From contig NC_087436.1 in the NCBI RefSeq assembly GCF_036321535.1, positions 72,170,001 through 72,234,000 on the forward strand: DNA of 64,000 nt, written 5' to 3'. Numbering within the stretch: position 1 is the first letter of the stretch; each line of letters opens with the position of its first letter. Below are positions 13,915-27,073 of this stretch, piece by piece. The notes beneath the pieces are model-generated. The model worked only from the letters and a program-made list of their open reading frames with translations. It did no database searches and had not been told where the DNA came from. A program made the position numbers and the translations under genes. The DNA is from Camelus dromedarius (taxonomy: Eukaryota).

Positions 13915-14601
13915 TTGATATATTTTTAAAAGTGTACACATTTGTATGCATATGCTCAATTTTTTGACATGCTTTTTATGCATGCAAATGGTGATTGCAA
14001 AGAAGCAACTGAATAAAGGGGTATGGAATTTAGAAAGAGGTCTGCTCTGGGCATATAAATTTTGGATTTACCAGTATAAAGTTGGCACTTAAAGCACTGA
14101 GGTTGTATGAGATTGTTAAGGGAAGGAATGCAGAGAGAAAAGAGGAGAGATCAGAAGATGGAGGCCTGAATTCAATAAAGCGGATGTATCTGTGGCGACT
14201 GAGAAGAGTAACAGAGAGGTAGAAAGGGAATCAAGAGACTGGTGTCCTGGAAATCCAGTGAAGCAGGTGTTTGTAGATCAGTTGTGTTCAGGGCTTCTGG
14301 TTGATTCAGACGAGGACTGATAATGACAACTAGAATTAGCTACAGGTCTTTGGTCACTTTGACAAAAATTGTTTATATGGAATAGTGCTGATAAAAGCCT
14401 TAATGAAGTGAGTTCCAAAGAGAAACAAAAGTTAAGACAGCCAGCGTAGACCTTCTTTTGAAGAATTGTACTGTAAGTGGTCTTAGAGGTATAGAATTGT
14501 ACCCAGAGGAGGATGAGAGGTGAAGAGAGTTTTAACAGATTTTTATTTATGATTTTTAAAGATATGATATTACAGAATGTTATATGTAGATGGGAATAGT
14601 C

Positions 14602-14780
14602 TGCTAGAACAACACTATCCAAAAGAGCTCTCTGTGAGTTAGAAATGTCCCATCATTTATATCTGTGCTGTCCTATATAGGAGCCACTAGTCACATGTGG
14701 CTATTGAACACTTGAAATGGGGCTAATGTGAGTGAGGAAGTGAATTTTTAGTTTTGTTTTATTGTGGCTAATTTAAGTCA
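14602..14780. mobile_element. MER3-like hAT-Charlie MITE
   Basis: GTGCTGTCCTATATAGGAGCCACTAGTCACATGTGGCTATTGAACACTTGAAATG. Confidence 0.7.
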
Positions 14781-17262
14781 TTTGTTAAGGCTTGAAAATC
14801 TTTGGATTGTTCAGCAGTCTCCTGTTTTCATATATGTATCTGGACTGCAACCCTTTCCTGACACATTCTCATGTAGATAGTTTTTGGCATCTTGCATTTT
14901 TTGAGTCATAAAAACACACCTAGAATAATAGGCAAAGCTTTATAAGTGGTTGTATGTCTATGCATTTGAGATTAGGACCCATAGCAAAATCAGTAGCATG
15001 AGTTTAAATTCTGGATTCCCAATCTGCCTTTTAATAAGAGTCTATCTCTCACCTACTATCTCTCAAACACTTATTGCAGTTAACCCAGAGCCCTTTTCTA
15101 ATTTTCAAGCCTTGTGGAAAGAATATGAATCTTACATTACAAACTTAAGTATATGAGAAAATTCACATTCCTTTAAAAAAATATTAAATCTGACCCTACT
15201 CCTTATCCTCCCAGAGTTGTCGGAGTTTTAATTTCAGTCATTAATGGGACTCCTTGGTTTCTACCACCCCACCTCCCAGATACAGCTAAGATCTCAGGAG
15301 ACATGCAAAAGAAAACATTTGGAGAGTGTTCCTCTGGTCTTGCAATCCATAAAGACCTCTTTTCCAAGTCCACCTTGTCTGGTGAAGTACAGAGATGCAT
15401 GCTTGGAGCACAGACATCTTTGCCAACTCCAGATCTTGGGTCTAACTTTCCTAGGTATGAAATCAACCATTTCCCCAGAGCCCTGTCACCTCTCTGGGGA
15501 TCTGAGAGAAGTTCAGCATTCTCATTTCTAGTAGAAACTCAAATCTTACTGTCTTTCCTAGTCTTGGAAAATGTAGCTTCTTGCTTTCTTAAGTCTCTTT
15601 CTCTTCAAAGACACTTTCCTCTTTCTCATCCCCCAGCAAGATTGCTAGCATAACCTTAATTACTTTCGGCTTCTCCAAAAAGAAGAAAATGCTAGTTTTT
15701 AGACTTCTTCTGCTTTGGACCCAACAGATTTGGAGCTCCCCCGAGGCAAGAGAGCACAAAACGCACAGGGAGCATAGAACGTAGACTCGTAAGCCCATGA
15801 AGTGTCCCACCGCGCTGGGAAAGGCCGTCACCGGGCTGACGGGAACCTTGGTCCTGTCTTCCAATCAGCTAGGTGTGTGCTGAGGGAGCAAAATCCATAG
15901 AGCACACTCTGAAATCCTGTGCTGTTTCTAGTCCTCTCTGTCACTCACTTCATTGGTGCACCATCTCATCTAGTTAGAGCTTTGCCACTAAAACTCAAGG
16001 TGGCGTCCAGCGGCACATTGCAGGATTAACAATGTACCCTCCGACTTGTGCCTGGAGGAAAGCAACAGCAAACTCCCCAGGCCTGTTCTTGCATGACGGC
16101 AGCCAATCTAGCTTCCTTTCCTAATGCCCTACTGACCCACTAACATTCCTGAGGTTCTGAGCCATGTCATATGATCACCTAAATGACAGCTACCCAGGAG
16201 GTTAGACCCCAGGGGAGGAGACACGTTTCTGCTTCACTGATTTGTGCTGTGATCTCGATGTAATGGTACTTAGAATAAAGGCAAAGATAGTTCTGGGAAA
16301 GAGAAACTTCCTAATTCATGGGGCTCACAACTTAAGCCCTATAACAAAGGGAAACTTTTTTTTTTGACTTCGTGAATAGACTCTAAACAGCTCCTGGGCC
16401 ATTGAGTTTCTTGGACTCTGCTTGTTTTTGAGCCCCATGACCTGCCTTGAGGACAGATCTGTCAGCTTTCCCTTTGTGTTCTGTTCCAAAGCCTTCGCAA
16501 GGAACAAGGCTATGGATACAATTTTACTGGCTGAATTTCACATTTACTTTCCCAAAGAAATTTCTGGAAATAAGAAAGAAATTTGTTGGTTCCATTTTCA
16601 CTTTAGTAAATTTGATTTCTATTGAGCCCATTCTTAGCATCCTTTGATATGATAATATCACAATAAATGATAAAAGCATCTTCTTCAGTACAAATATCAC
16701 AAGGTAGAGAGTCAATGACTCATGACACTCCGAACATCCAACATCAACAAGGGAGGGGACGGGAGATGAAGGTCTTGTTTCTTAACAAACGCCTTTAATT
16801 GATTAAATCTAAAACGACACTGCCATTTGGTGTCATCTAATGACTAAAGCCTCACTAGAGTTATCCATCAAACATTTATTCTGTCCTACCACAGACCAGC
16901 ACAGTTTATGCATATCCATTATTGAAATGGTCCAATGTTTGAGCTTCTTGTTTGTTAAGACAAAAGTTCAAAGGCAAAACAAATCCAGACATGTTCAAAA
17001 AAATAAATTTCAATGTTTCTGAATGTCTAATACTTAAAAATAGGGATCAGATAGCTGGTCTTAAAATGTCAAGAACTTATTTCCTGAACTTCCATGGTAA
17101 AAAGCAGAATGTTTGGCATACCCATTCATTGTCCTAGGTGGTACCCCCTCTAGAATAGTTAACCTCACTTCTGGGACTTGTTTATTCTTTCTCCTTGAGG
17201 GAGCTGAGATATTTAAAAAAATAGTGGAATTTTAAGTGATACCCTGTTTAGCCCCCCCCCCC

Positions 17263-17390
17263 CTTTTTTTTTTTAGGTTGGGGAGATAATTAAGTTTATT
17301 TATCTATTTAACTAATGGAGGTACTGGGGATTGAGCCCAGGATCTCGTGCATGCTAAGCATGTGCTCTACCCCTGAGCTATCACCTCCCC
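17263..17390 (-). mobile_element. tRNA-derived SINE (Vic-1-like)
   Basis: Same body as the other four copies; T-rich tail on the + strand. Confidence 0.88.
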
Positions 17391-17451
17391 TGCCGAATTC
17401 AGCCTATTAAACAGCTGTTTATGGGGAAGGGCATGTAAACCTATTGTACAT

Positions 17452-17633
17452 TTTCTTTTTTCTTGTTTCTCCTCTTGTTGCTGTTGTTCTTCTACTTCTT
17501 CTTCCTCTTCCCCCACCTCCTTTTTCTTTTTCCTCTCTCCTTCCTTTCCCTTCTTTTTTTCCCTCCTCTTTCCCTTCCTCTTCCTCATCTTCCCTTTCCC
17601 TCTCCTCATCCTCATTCTCCTTCTTCTTCTTCT
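17452..17633. repeat. Polypyrimidine low-complexity tract (TTC/TCC-rich)
   Basis: ~180 bp almost exclusively C/T on the + strand. Confidence 0.9.
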
Positions 17634-17879
17634 TGAGTTTATCAGTTTCCCTACCCTTCATGGGGCTCTCCTGTGCAGTCACCTCCTCCCAGATCAACCC
17701 TGACCCACACCATACCCCCAAATCCACTCCAGGTAAATTAAAATAAAGGCAGAGAGAGGTGAACTAATTTGCACAAGGTCACACGTCTGACAAGCGAGGC
17801 AGCTGGGATTTAAACCTGGGCAGTCTGCCCCTAGACTCTGCTGCTAACCACCAGTAGCAAAGAAAACCAACCACCCATA

Positions 17880-18240
17880 ACTGTGTGGAATGCCACGGAT
17901 GAGTCACACAGACATATTGTGGAGCAGAAAATCAAGACACAAGAATGAAAACAGGATGATTCTATTTATATGAAGTACAAAGCCAGGCAAAATGAGCTGC
18001 ATTGTTTAGGAATGCATGCACAAGAAAGGGCAAGGGAATGATGCCTGAGAAGAACCAGAAAGTGTTTACCAGAGTGGGCGGAGGAAGAGGCTGGGGTTGG
18101 GGCGGCTGCTCTAGGGATGCTGGTAATATATTATTCCTTGATCTGGGTGGTGGTTACACATATGTTCACTTTTTAATACTGTTTTAAACTGTAGATTTGT
18201 GTTTCACTTATTCACCTAATAAATCTCACACTTTTTTAAA
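17880..18240 (+). mobile_element. L1ME-like 3' end fragment
   Basis: ATGATTCTATTTATATGAAG, TTCCTTGATCTGGGTGGTGGTTACAC. Confidence 0.65.
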
Positions 18241-21200
18241 CAATGGAGGGAATAAAGAAAACCACAGTGAGAGAGAGGAGGTGGCCCAAGAAGGGTCTGC
18301 CAAGGGTCAGGGTCACAGAATTCTGTGTGTAAGTGTTAATGAGCTTTTCAGTCTTTAACCATGAAATTTTGCAAAAACCTCCCCAAGTTGTCTGGTTTGG
18401 AACAAGGAATTCTGGTGTCCTGGGGGTCCAGACAGAGCAGTGTCGATTCTGATCTCTCTCCCTGTGGACCATGGAGAACAGAACTACCTGCCTCCCGCTG
18501 AGTTTTGAGGCCCATGTTATAATCCGCATGGACAGCTTTCTCTCCTGCCTGCCTTCAGGGGCCTCAGAATCAACACATCTGAAACAAAACTCATCAGTAG
18601 CAGAATGAATTTTCACAATTCGTTCTTTTTCCTCCTGGGATTGAGTTCGTACAGGCTGAGATGACAAAGGGAGACAGACCACAGGATTGTTGATCTGGGC
18701 AGCGCACAAGATTTGATTGTCTTGCAGGTGGCACGTTCCCCCAGCCTAGCTCCCTGTCTCCCTTCACTCCTCTGTGATTCAGCTGTGGGAGACTTGGAGA
18801 TCAAGGGCTGATAGTGAGCTCAACAGGGAGGGAATCACTAGAAGTCCTGAGAGAGGGGTATAAAGCACCAAAGGGGCTTTGGGATGAAGGGGGGAGGAAG
18901 GAAGGGATATGAAGTTCCTCGGCTGACTTCCATGGGACGGCCAGCTAGGTGACCAGAAGGCCAACCACCGTGACATTGTTGCAGTTAGCGAAACGTGTGA
19001 GCGAGGCAGTGGAATAGGCCCAGAAGCCACTCCGGACTCCCAAGCTATCCCGAGCTTATATTTGCTTTGAAATTTTTTCAGCTGTGTGTCAGCCTAACAT
19101 TTAGGCCATGTGGGACAAGGACTGTGCACTTCCAGCTTGTCCTCAACAGGGTCACTGTCCTGGAGGCTCCAAGTATATTCTGATTACTAACCTATAAACA
19201 TACATTAAATATCAAGTTTCTGAGCAGGGCCCTGAAAGCCACAGACTGGAGAGTTCCTTCTGTCATGGAGCTCACACTGTGGCCGGGGAGACAGACAGGC
19301 CAACAGGGGAGCGTGGTGCCAGGACTTAGGCCCTGGGTCAGACCCTAGTGAGGAAAGGAAGGAGTACACCTGACCCTTGTCTTTAAGGAGTGCACCGGGA
19401 AGTTAGAGTAAGTCAGCAAAACAGAGGGAGAGTGTTGTGTTTCATGTGCAGCTCTCCCTGGTGAGTGCTGTGCTTGAGGGGAGAGTTTTGGAAAGAAATT
19501 CTAGAAGAAATAGCTGAAGAGCTGAGTTTTGAAAATAGATACTTTCTATGATTATTTTGTATTTTACCTTTTTGAAAAAAGTTTTCTTCTATTTGTATAT
19601 TTTTTCTTCTCGTAGATATCCTAGAATAGTGCTCTGAACCCAGTTAGTGCATAATGAGGTGGGAGAGAACCTTTCGGGGATGGGCCTGGGGTAGAGTTTC
19701 AATGGTTTCAATGGTTTTAAGGCTTCCAGATGAGACATCTCCACCCAGGGTACAAACATGTATTTCTTTCAGGTATACTTTCTTGGAAAATGAATGGAAT
19801 AACTTTAATTAAAGTCATTTTATTATTAGAACATTGTTAGTTATTTATTACTAGAACATAAAACAATGGAGCATGATCAGTTAAAAATGGAGAATTATGG
19901 TCTTGCCTTTCTTGAATCCTCAGCAGGTCTTTGTAAAAACTACAACCCGAAGCAGACCCACTGTTTGATGGTTTAGGAACCCAACCTATCACACCGACAT
20001 TTGTCAAAACATTTACTTTGTTTAGTTTCAAGAATCTTATTTTTTAATTGTCAATGCAAAGGGAAAATCTATATTTGTTTATTGAAGAATTTCTGAAGTG
20101 TTGGAATTCTGACACTAGGAATTCATTTCCCCACGTGCACTTATCACTTAAGAAACATCAAATTGCTCATGAATTAATAGACTGACAGCTGTTGTCATTT
20201 CCTGTCAGGAGACTTTGGCAGTTGGGATAGGAGGAGACGGCACACGAGGTATCGTTCATCATGTGTCTTGGAATATGTTTCTGAAGGTCTGAAGTTTACC
20301 TTAAATTTATAGGAACAAATGCCACTGAATTGATAGAGAGGAATCTCCATCCCAGAATAAGGCTGTGGGGTAGATGGTGGTTGCGAGAGTGCCTGCGATG
20401 CTTCACCTTTAGCTGTGACTGCTTTCGCACATGCACTGACTCAGGATCTGCTGCGTCATGCTCTGTAGCTCCTTGTCAGGCTTATGACTCAAGAAACTGA
20501 AATATTAGCCAATTGAAGTGTTGTGCAATTCAGGCTGCTCACTCCTAGCACGTAAACTTTTGGGTAAAATCATCTGTAGCCTCAGATCTGGCAGCCTTGG
20601 GTCCACTAAGAGGAGCAGAAACAAAGCATGAAGTGAAAAAGTCTGACCGTGGCTGCAAAGGGCAGCAGGATGCCAGGAGACGCAAGGTCTTGCTGGTCCC
20701 CTCTTCTATTGAAACAGCAGGTTCATGACAAATTTATGCAAATGCGACATGGGACCTCATTTCTAGACGGCAATTTCTTTGTGCCAAATGTCTCCTGGTT
20801 TTCTTTGGCCTAGACTATGGATGATATTGGCTTACTTTAGAGGGTAGCTCTTCCAATTTTCCTCCCAGCTAGGGCCAAGGAGAGTTTGTCTCACAGAAAG
20901 GCCAGGGCCTTCCATGCAGGACCGGGAGTGAGAGAAGTCCCGGGGCAGGGTGAGAACACCAGGAGGCTTCAGTGACGTTCTGTTCCTTTCTCAACCACTC
21001 CCTCCCATCTCCGAGTGACTTGGGTTAACTTAAGGAATAGTAATTATCATCTAAACCTGGGAACAGAGGGGCCTGGCACTTGAGGGTGAAACCACATCTC
21101 AAGCTCCAGCTCAAAAAATAAATCTCTTCTTGTGACTAATAGGGTGTGAACACTGACTCCCTAAAGTGAAATGGCAGTGGCCATTAATATATTAAAAGGA

Positions 21201-23989
21201 AGTTTTATTAGAATAAAATAAATATCCAGAGAAAGTGAATATTCTACAGTAGGAGAAGTATAGCCCCTTGGTCCTGCTGGAGCCCATTGTTCCCAGGTGT
21301 CACATAGTTCCACCTGCCATGTTATACGAACATCCACCCCTTGGGAACTCTGTCTTCCACCTGCACTGTTCTCCACTGAGTGGCTCCAGTTTTTCCCCCT
21401 TAGCTTTCAATGGTTAGCTTTACCCATCCAGGCAGCTCTGTGGCAGAGGATGTTTGTTCCAGGACTTTGTTCTTATTAGACTGACTGGTGAAGGTGGCTC
21501 TTTTGGCACCAACCAAAGGTCTAGAAAGGAAGTGTTGAGAGATCAAGAATCTATTTCTCATGGACCAGACATCCCTTCCCAAATGTCCTCGACTGGTGAG
21601 ATATTCTTTATGCTCAAACTACTATGTGTAGATTCCAAGTAGGAATTCTCAGTGATCAGCTCTGGGTCCACTTTTATTGTCCCCATCTCAGTTCTACCAA
21701 AAACATCATTCCATGCAATGACCAAAGAAAGTCTGCATGCCCTAGTGTAAGGTGTGTTAAATTATCCTAAATAAAGGTGGCAGGAGGTAGCATTTACAAG
21801 TGGAAGGGAATCTAAAAAATAATCTACCCCAACTCTTCCAGTTTTCTGATGAGCAAAGAGAGGTTCAGAGAGGTTACTCATTCAAAGGTTCTTGTTGGTA
21901 GGTAATCAAGTCCCTGATTTCTGCTTCTGAGCACTGTCAGTTACACTGTGGCGTCCACTATGTTAACATTATTACAATGTATATTGAGCATTACTAAGTT
22001 CCAGGTACTAATCTAGATAGTTACCACTCCCCTATAAACAAAACAGACTTAATTCCTCACTCTCATGGGAACTTATGTTTTAGCCCCAGCTTGGTTAGCT
22101 ACTTTGATAGATGCCATGAGAGCTCATTTCCCGTGATGCTTCACAGCACGCAGACCGGCCAGGTGTCTGCAGCAAAGAGGGTGAGTCACCAGAATTCTGC
22201 AGAAGACCCAGTTTGAGGAAGTAAGGACCAGGGCAGGAAAGCACGTATGACTTTCTCCTGCATTAAAAATCTTGTCTTAAGCATTTCTGTTGAATTTTCC
22301 TAAGCCAGGGTAGAAATCCACAGACCTAAGACAATTTCCCTTTATGAAAACTGCTTGGTAAAGTATTCACCCTGGTTTTGGCTGCATGAGAGGCCCTGAG
22401 GGAAGGGGTAGAGAATAGGCAGTCTGCTGTTCCTGGGCCTAGAGGATTGGGCCCCCTTCTCAGCTCTGTGCCTGAGCAGCTTTGCAAAAAATAAGTTCTT
22501 AGAGCTGCAATTTCTAGTGATCTCAGTGCAAACAATTTGCCAACTATGAATTGTCCCACTGATATGAATGATTATAAATATGCATTTTGATGTCTGCATC
22601 ATTGAACTTTGAGATTACAGTAGAGCAAAAGTGCCAAAGCGTGTGAAAATACAAATACACAATGAGAATCTGCTTTGGTCTAGGCAACGTGCTGATTTTT
22701 GTGTGTATGTGTGTGTGGTTCTAGTTATTTATCTTTCATACCAATCTTGTAAAGAGAAATTATTAGTTTATTTTATGGATAAAATAACTCAGCCTCAGAG
22801 AGTCCCACAGGCAAGGAGCAGAGGGGCTGGGATTCTAATTCTGAAAAATTTGACTTTATACGTGTGCTTTAACTGGACTAAGTCTGCTCATAACCTATAA
22901 ATAATACTGCCATGGAATCTCTTAGGTAAATATTTTACTAAAATGCAATTTTCCTGGTATATGTAGTCTTACATGCTAGAAATGATAGCACTTCTTGGCT
23001 AAAGGGGCCTTTTTAAAGTACAAAAATATACAAGGATCACTTATGTTTTTTAAAAAAGATTTCTCCTCATATGACATTTACCATCCTTTCTGAAAGTGGG
23101 AAAGAAACTACAATAGAAAACTCCACCGGAGGATTAAGGTGTTAGTTTGAAACACCACTTCTACTAAGACGATAGTTAGGCAAAAATTGGTGAATTATTC
23201 ATTTCAGAAGATTAGTTGGATCTCTGACAACTTTCATAATAATAACTACCACGTGGTGATATTTTTTACATGGCCTGATGTTGGCTGAGGTCTTTACATT
23301 GATCTCAATCTTCCCAGCTCCCCTCTGAGTCTGAAGTGCCACTGTTTCCCCTTATAGACAAGGAAAAGGAGACAGGGAAGTGCAGGACTGGGCTTCCGGG
23401 CCAGGCAGGGCTGCCTCCACTGCTGGGTTGACAGCTGACAGCAAAAGAGGAATGCTGATGAAAACATAGAAAGATTAGGCAAGATTTCTAAGGATTGGGT
23501 CCACTCTGACGAAGGTCTGGTCTTTCTGAGTTCTATCATTGCTTAAGCTATTCCAAAATATGCATCCTCATGTTTAGGTGAATAATTATGACACCAGTGA
23601 CAACTATAAGAACATTTTGTTTTTCTGTCAGGATGCTGAACAAGGTTTACATCATTATGAAAAAGGAAACGAGTGCCTTGACTAGGTTTGAGGAACAAAC
23701 CTGCCCAAACTATCAACAACTCTTGAATTCCAGCCGTGATCAGTGCCTTGGGCAATTGTTCATGCTTGGTCTGGAATGAGAGCAGAGTTGTAAAAAATGG
23801 AAAATTTAAAGCTTTTGAATTAAAAAAAATAAATAAATAACTAAATATCAAAGGCTGACAGCTCACAATTGGGGAGCATTAAGAGGCAGGCAGAACTAGG
23901 TTTAATCCTAGCTGTGTCATTCACACAGTGTGATCTAGGCCAAGGTTTTTAATCTCATTGAGCCTCAGTTGCTTTGGTTGCTAAATGAG

Positions 23990-25015
23990 GATTCATTCAA
24001 CAAATATATATTGAATTCCCACAAGGTGTCAGGCACTGTTCTAGGTGCTGGACACAGTTGTGAACACGACATCCAAAAATCCTCATCCTGTTGAGTTTAT
24101 ATTCTATTGTGTGTTTAGGAAGAAGGAACAATATAGTATGTCAAATGCTTATAAGAATCAAAGAGAACAAGAGATCAAGGACGGTGTGATGGTGTGTCTG
24201 TTTGGGGAGAGATGAAGGACTGAGGATGGTGGACAGTTAGAATTGTAAGTTGGATGGTCAAGGAAGTCCTCACAGAGCAGCGAAGACTCCAAGGAGAGAA
24301 AGAGAGGGAGTCATGCAGATATCTGAGAGGGGACTGTTCCAGCAGAGGGAAGAAGCGAAGACTCCAAGGAGAGAAAGAGAGGGAGTCATGCAGATATCTG
24401 AGAGGGGACTGTTCCAGCAGAGGGAAGAAGCGAAGACTCCAAAGAGAGAAAGGGAGGGAGTCATGCAGATATCTGAGAGGGGACTGTTCCAGCAGAGGGA
24501 AGAGCTAGTGTCAAAGCTTTGAGGCAGAATTCTGCCTGGTGAGATCAAGGGGAAAAAAATCTGGGTGGCTGAAACAGACTGAATGGAAATGAAAAGAACA
24601 TGGGAATGACGGAGGCATCAAGGATGTCATCACAGTTTTCAGACTGTGAAACTGGAAAGCTGGAGCTTCCAGCTACGGAAATGGGAAACTCCTGGGGAGG
24701 ACCACGTATATCATTTTGGACGAGTTAAATCTTAGATTGTTCTTGCTGCCCGAGTGGGACACCAAGAGGCCAGCTGAACAGTCAAGTCTGGAGTTAGCAG
24801 AGGGGATCAGGCTGGACGTATAACTGTGGAAGTTGTCAGGTATTAAAGGCATTTCAAGTCACTAGAAGTGGTGACAGGAAGGAAGGAAGACGTCCAAGAA
24901 GGATGAGAGAGGTAGAGGCGGGCCAGGAAAGTGCAATGACCTAGAAGCCAAAGGAAGAAAAGTAAACTGAAGAGGAGGGAGTGAGCTGCTAGGTGAAATG
25001 CTGTAGATAAATTAA
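23990..25015 (-). mobile_element. LINE-2 fragment containing a 75-bp triplication
   Basis: Starts ATTCATTCAACAAATATATATTGAAT...GTCAGGCACTGTTCTAGGTGCTGG (L2 3' end, reverse strand). Confidence 0.7.
24279..24503. repeat. Tandem repeat, 3 x 75 bp
   Basis: Units start at 24279, 24354 and 24429; copies 1 and 2 are identical, copy 3 has 2 substitutions. Confidence 0.97.
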
Positions 25016-26951
25016 TACTCTTCTCACATTCTGGCATGAATTAAACAAAAACAATATTTGTACAATCAGCATAATACCCAGAACAGCACTTGGCACAAAA
25101 CAAGAACCCAGTCAATGCTTTTTTAAAAAATTTCTAAATAATTTATTTGGGACTTTCCAAAGTAAAATTCAATCCCACTCATAATTTCATAAAGATAGTT
25201 TGACTGCTGATAAAATGCATGACTTTTATCTCTGAAGGTAGTGAAACTTAGGAAATAAAATATTTCATAGAGGAATTTCATAAAAGTTTACAATAGATAC
25301 TCTTCTCCCCATAAAATGTATTTATACTTTAATAAAATGTAATAGTGAGAAATCAGATCTGATGTACAGAATTTTTCTTCATAACTGAATTTTGAGGAAT
25401 AAGTCATTTTATGCATTAAGGGGCAGATAGAAGGAGAGAGGGACAATGAGAGGAAAATGGACAAAAATAAGGGATTCTTCATACGTAATCTGCTTGATAC
25501 TCTGTCAGGTGCCTTATAGGTGCATCTCCATTAACCTGCACGTTGACCCTGCAAATGGGAAACGGCTCTTCCCAACCACCGGGTACAGGCCAGCCCGAGT
25601 GCACCTGCTGTGCTGATACCTGCCGTGTGAGCTGTGGGCTGGGAGCCTTCCCGTGCGTTTTCTCCAAATTCCAAAACTCGTTTGTCCTGAGGAAGAAGCT
25701 ATATGAGTTATTTATTTGTACTGAAAAGTGCAGTGACTAATGGCTGGAGATACATGTTTGTTCCCAGTAGTAACTTCAGCCACAGCTCCAGTCAAAGTTT
25801 GGAATGATACGAGTAAGTATACGCAGAATCAAAATTTTCTCTCTCTCCTGGCTGAAGTCCTTCATTTCTTAGTTGAAGGTAAGTAAGATAAGACTTTCTT
25901 CCAATCATATAACCAGATGACAAGGAAAGGATTCGGGGGACACAGCCAGGGTTGCCAGGTCTCTGCTCTTGACTTGGATGCCCACACACAACCCCTCTGA
26001 GCAGGTGAGCCTAACTCTAAGGAATGCTCTTATCTGTGTCATCTGCAGACTTTCTGCAGACTAGATTGTCAGAAATGGCCATAAGGCTTTGCCTGTGGAG
26101 ACGAATACAAAGATTGAACATAGATATTTTGAGTAAGTCTAGTGACTCATAGATTCAGTTTGCACAGGACACAGGTTCTTCAAGGCCAAAGTCATTAAAT
26201 GGGGTTCCCTAAGCAGGTGTGAGATCTTAGGTGGTGCTTGTATGGAGCTGTGCTTATTGCACTGTGGGTGGTGGTGGTGGGGAAAGTGTAACCTTATTCA
26301 TGGGATCTGTACTGTATCAGGTGATAAATTAATTACCTATTTTTTTAAACATCCATCCTTCTAGAATGTGAAATCCCCTGAGGGCTTAGACTATGTTTAC
26401 TGTGGCCCAAATTAGAACCCTCATCACCTAGTTTATAGTTAGTACTTAACAAATATTTGCCATATGAATGAATTCTGCTTCATCCCACCTACCTGACAAA
26501 TCTCAGTCCTGTTGTCAGCTGAGCGATGCCCACTTAGACTACTTTTAAATGTCATCACTTTAGACCAAGGAATAGAGAAACGTAAATAAATTGCTCAGGA
26601 AAATATAGATCCACATGCTTTGGGTTTTTTTTCCCCCAAGAATGAAAAGACATTTAATTTAATGATACATTTTTGAAGCCGTAGGATGAAGAGCAAAATG
26701 TTGCCATTGGGAAACTGAAGTAGGTCTAAGTCGAGGTTATTCTGAGAAGTCTGCAGAGGGTGTAATGAAGCAGCATGGGTGTTCCAAGACTCACTGGAAA
26801 TATGGTGTCCTGCTGGGTCTGGAACACTAAGAACTACAAAGTAGTTTACTTCATCAACGTGTACAGTTAAGGTGCATGACAAAATAATTGTTCTTCTGAG
26901 ACAGTCTTTTTTTTTTTCATTGTAAACATCTTTCTATTTTATTTTATTTTT

Positions 26952-27073
26952 GGCAGGGGGAGGTAATTAAGTTTACTTATTTATTCATTTTTTTAGAGGA
27001 GGTGCCAGGGATTGAACCCAGACTTCATGCATGCTAAGCATGTGCTCTACCCCTTGAGCTACACCGTCCCCCA
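26952..27073 (-). mobile_element. tRNA-derived SINE (Vic-1-like) with 18-bp TSD
   Basis: TSD CTATTTTATTTTATTTTT at 26934-26951 and 27074-27091. Confidence 0.9.

Noticed and set aside
17367..17746. Lys/Glu-rich and Ser/Phe-rich ORFs
   Set aside because: Translation of a low-complexity polypyrimidine tract lacking stop codons.
1..20000. Exons of RASSF6 (expected upstream neighbour) or further CXC chemokine genes
   Set aside because: I found no RASSF6-like peptide on the minus strand and no second CXC-motif exon anywhere by eye; a TBLASTN would be decisive.
24250..24548. Repeat-protein ORFs or a CRISPR-like array
   Set aside because: Head-to-tail 75-bp units with no unique spacers, inside an L2; eukaryotic context with no cas genes.
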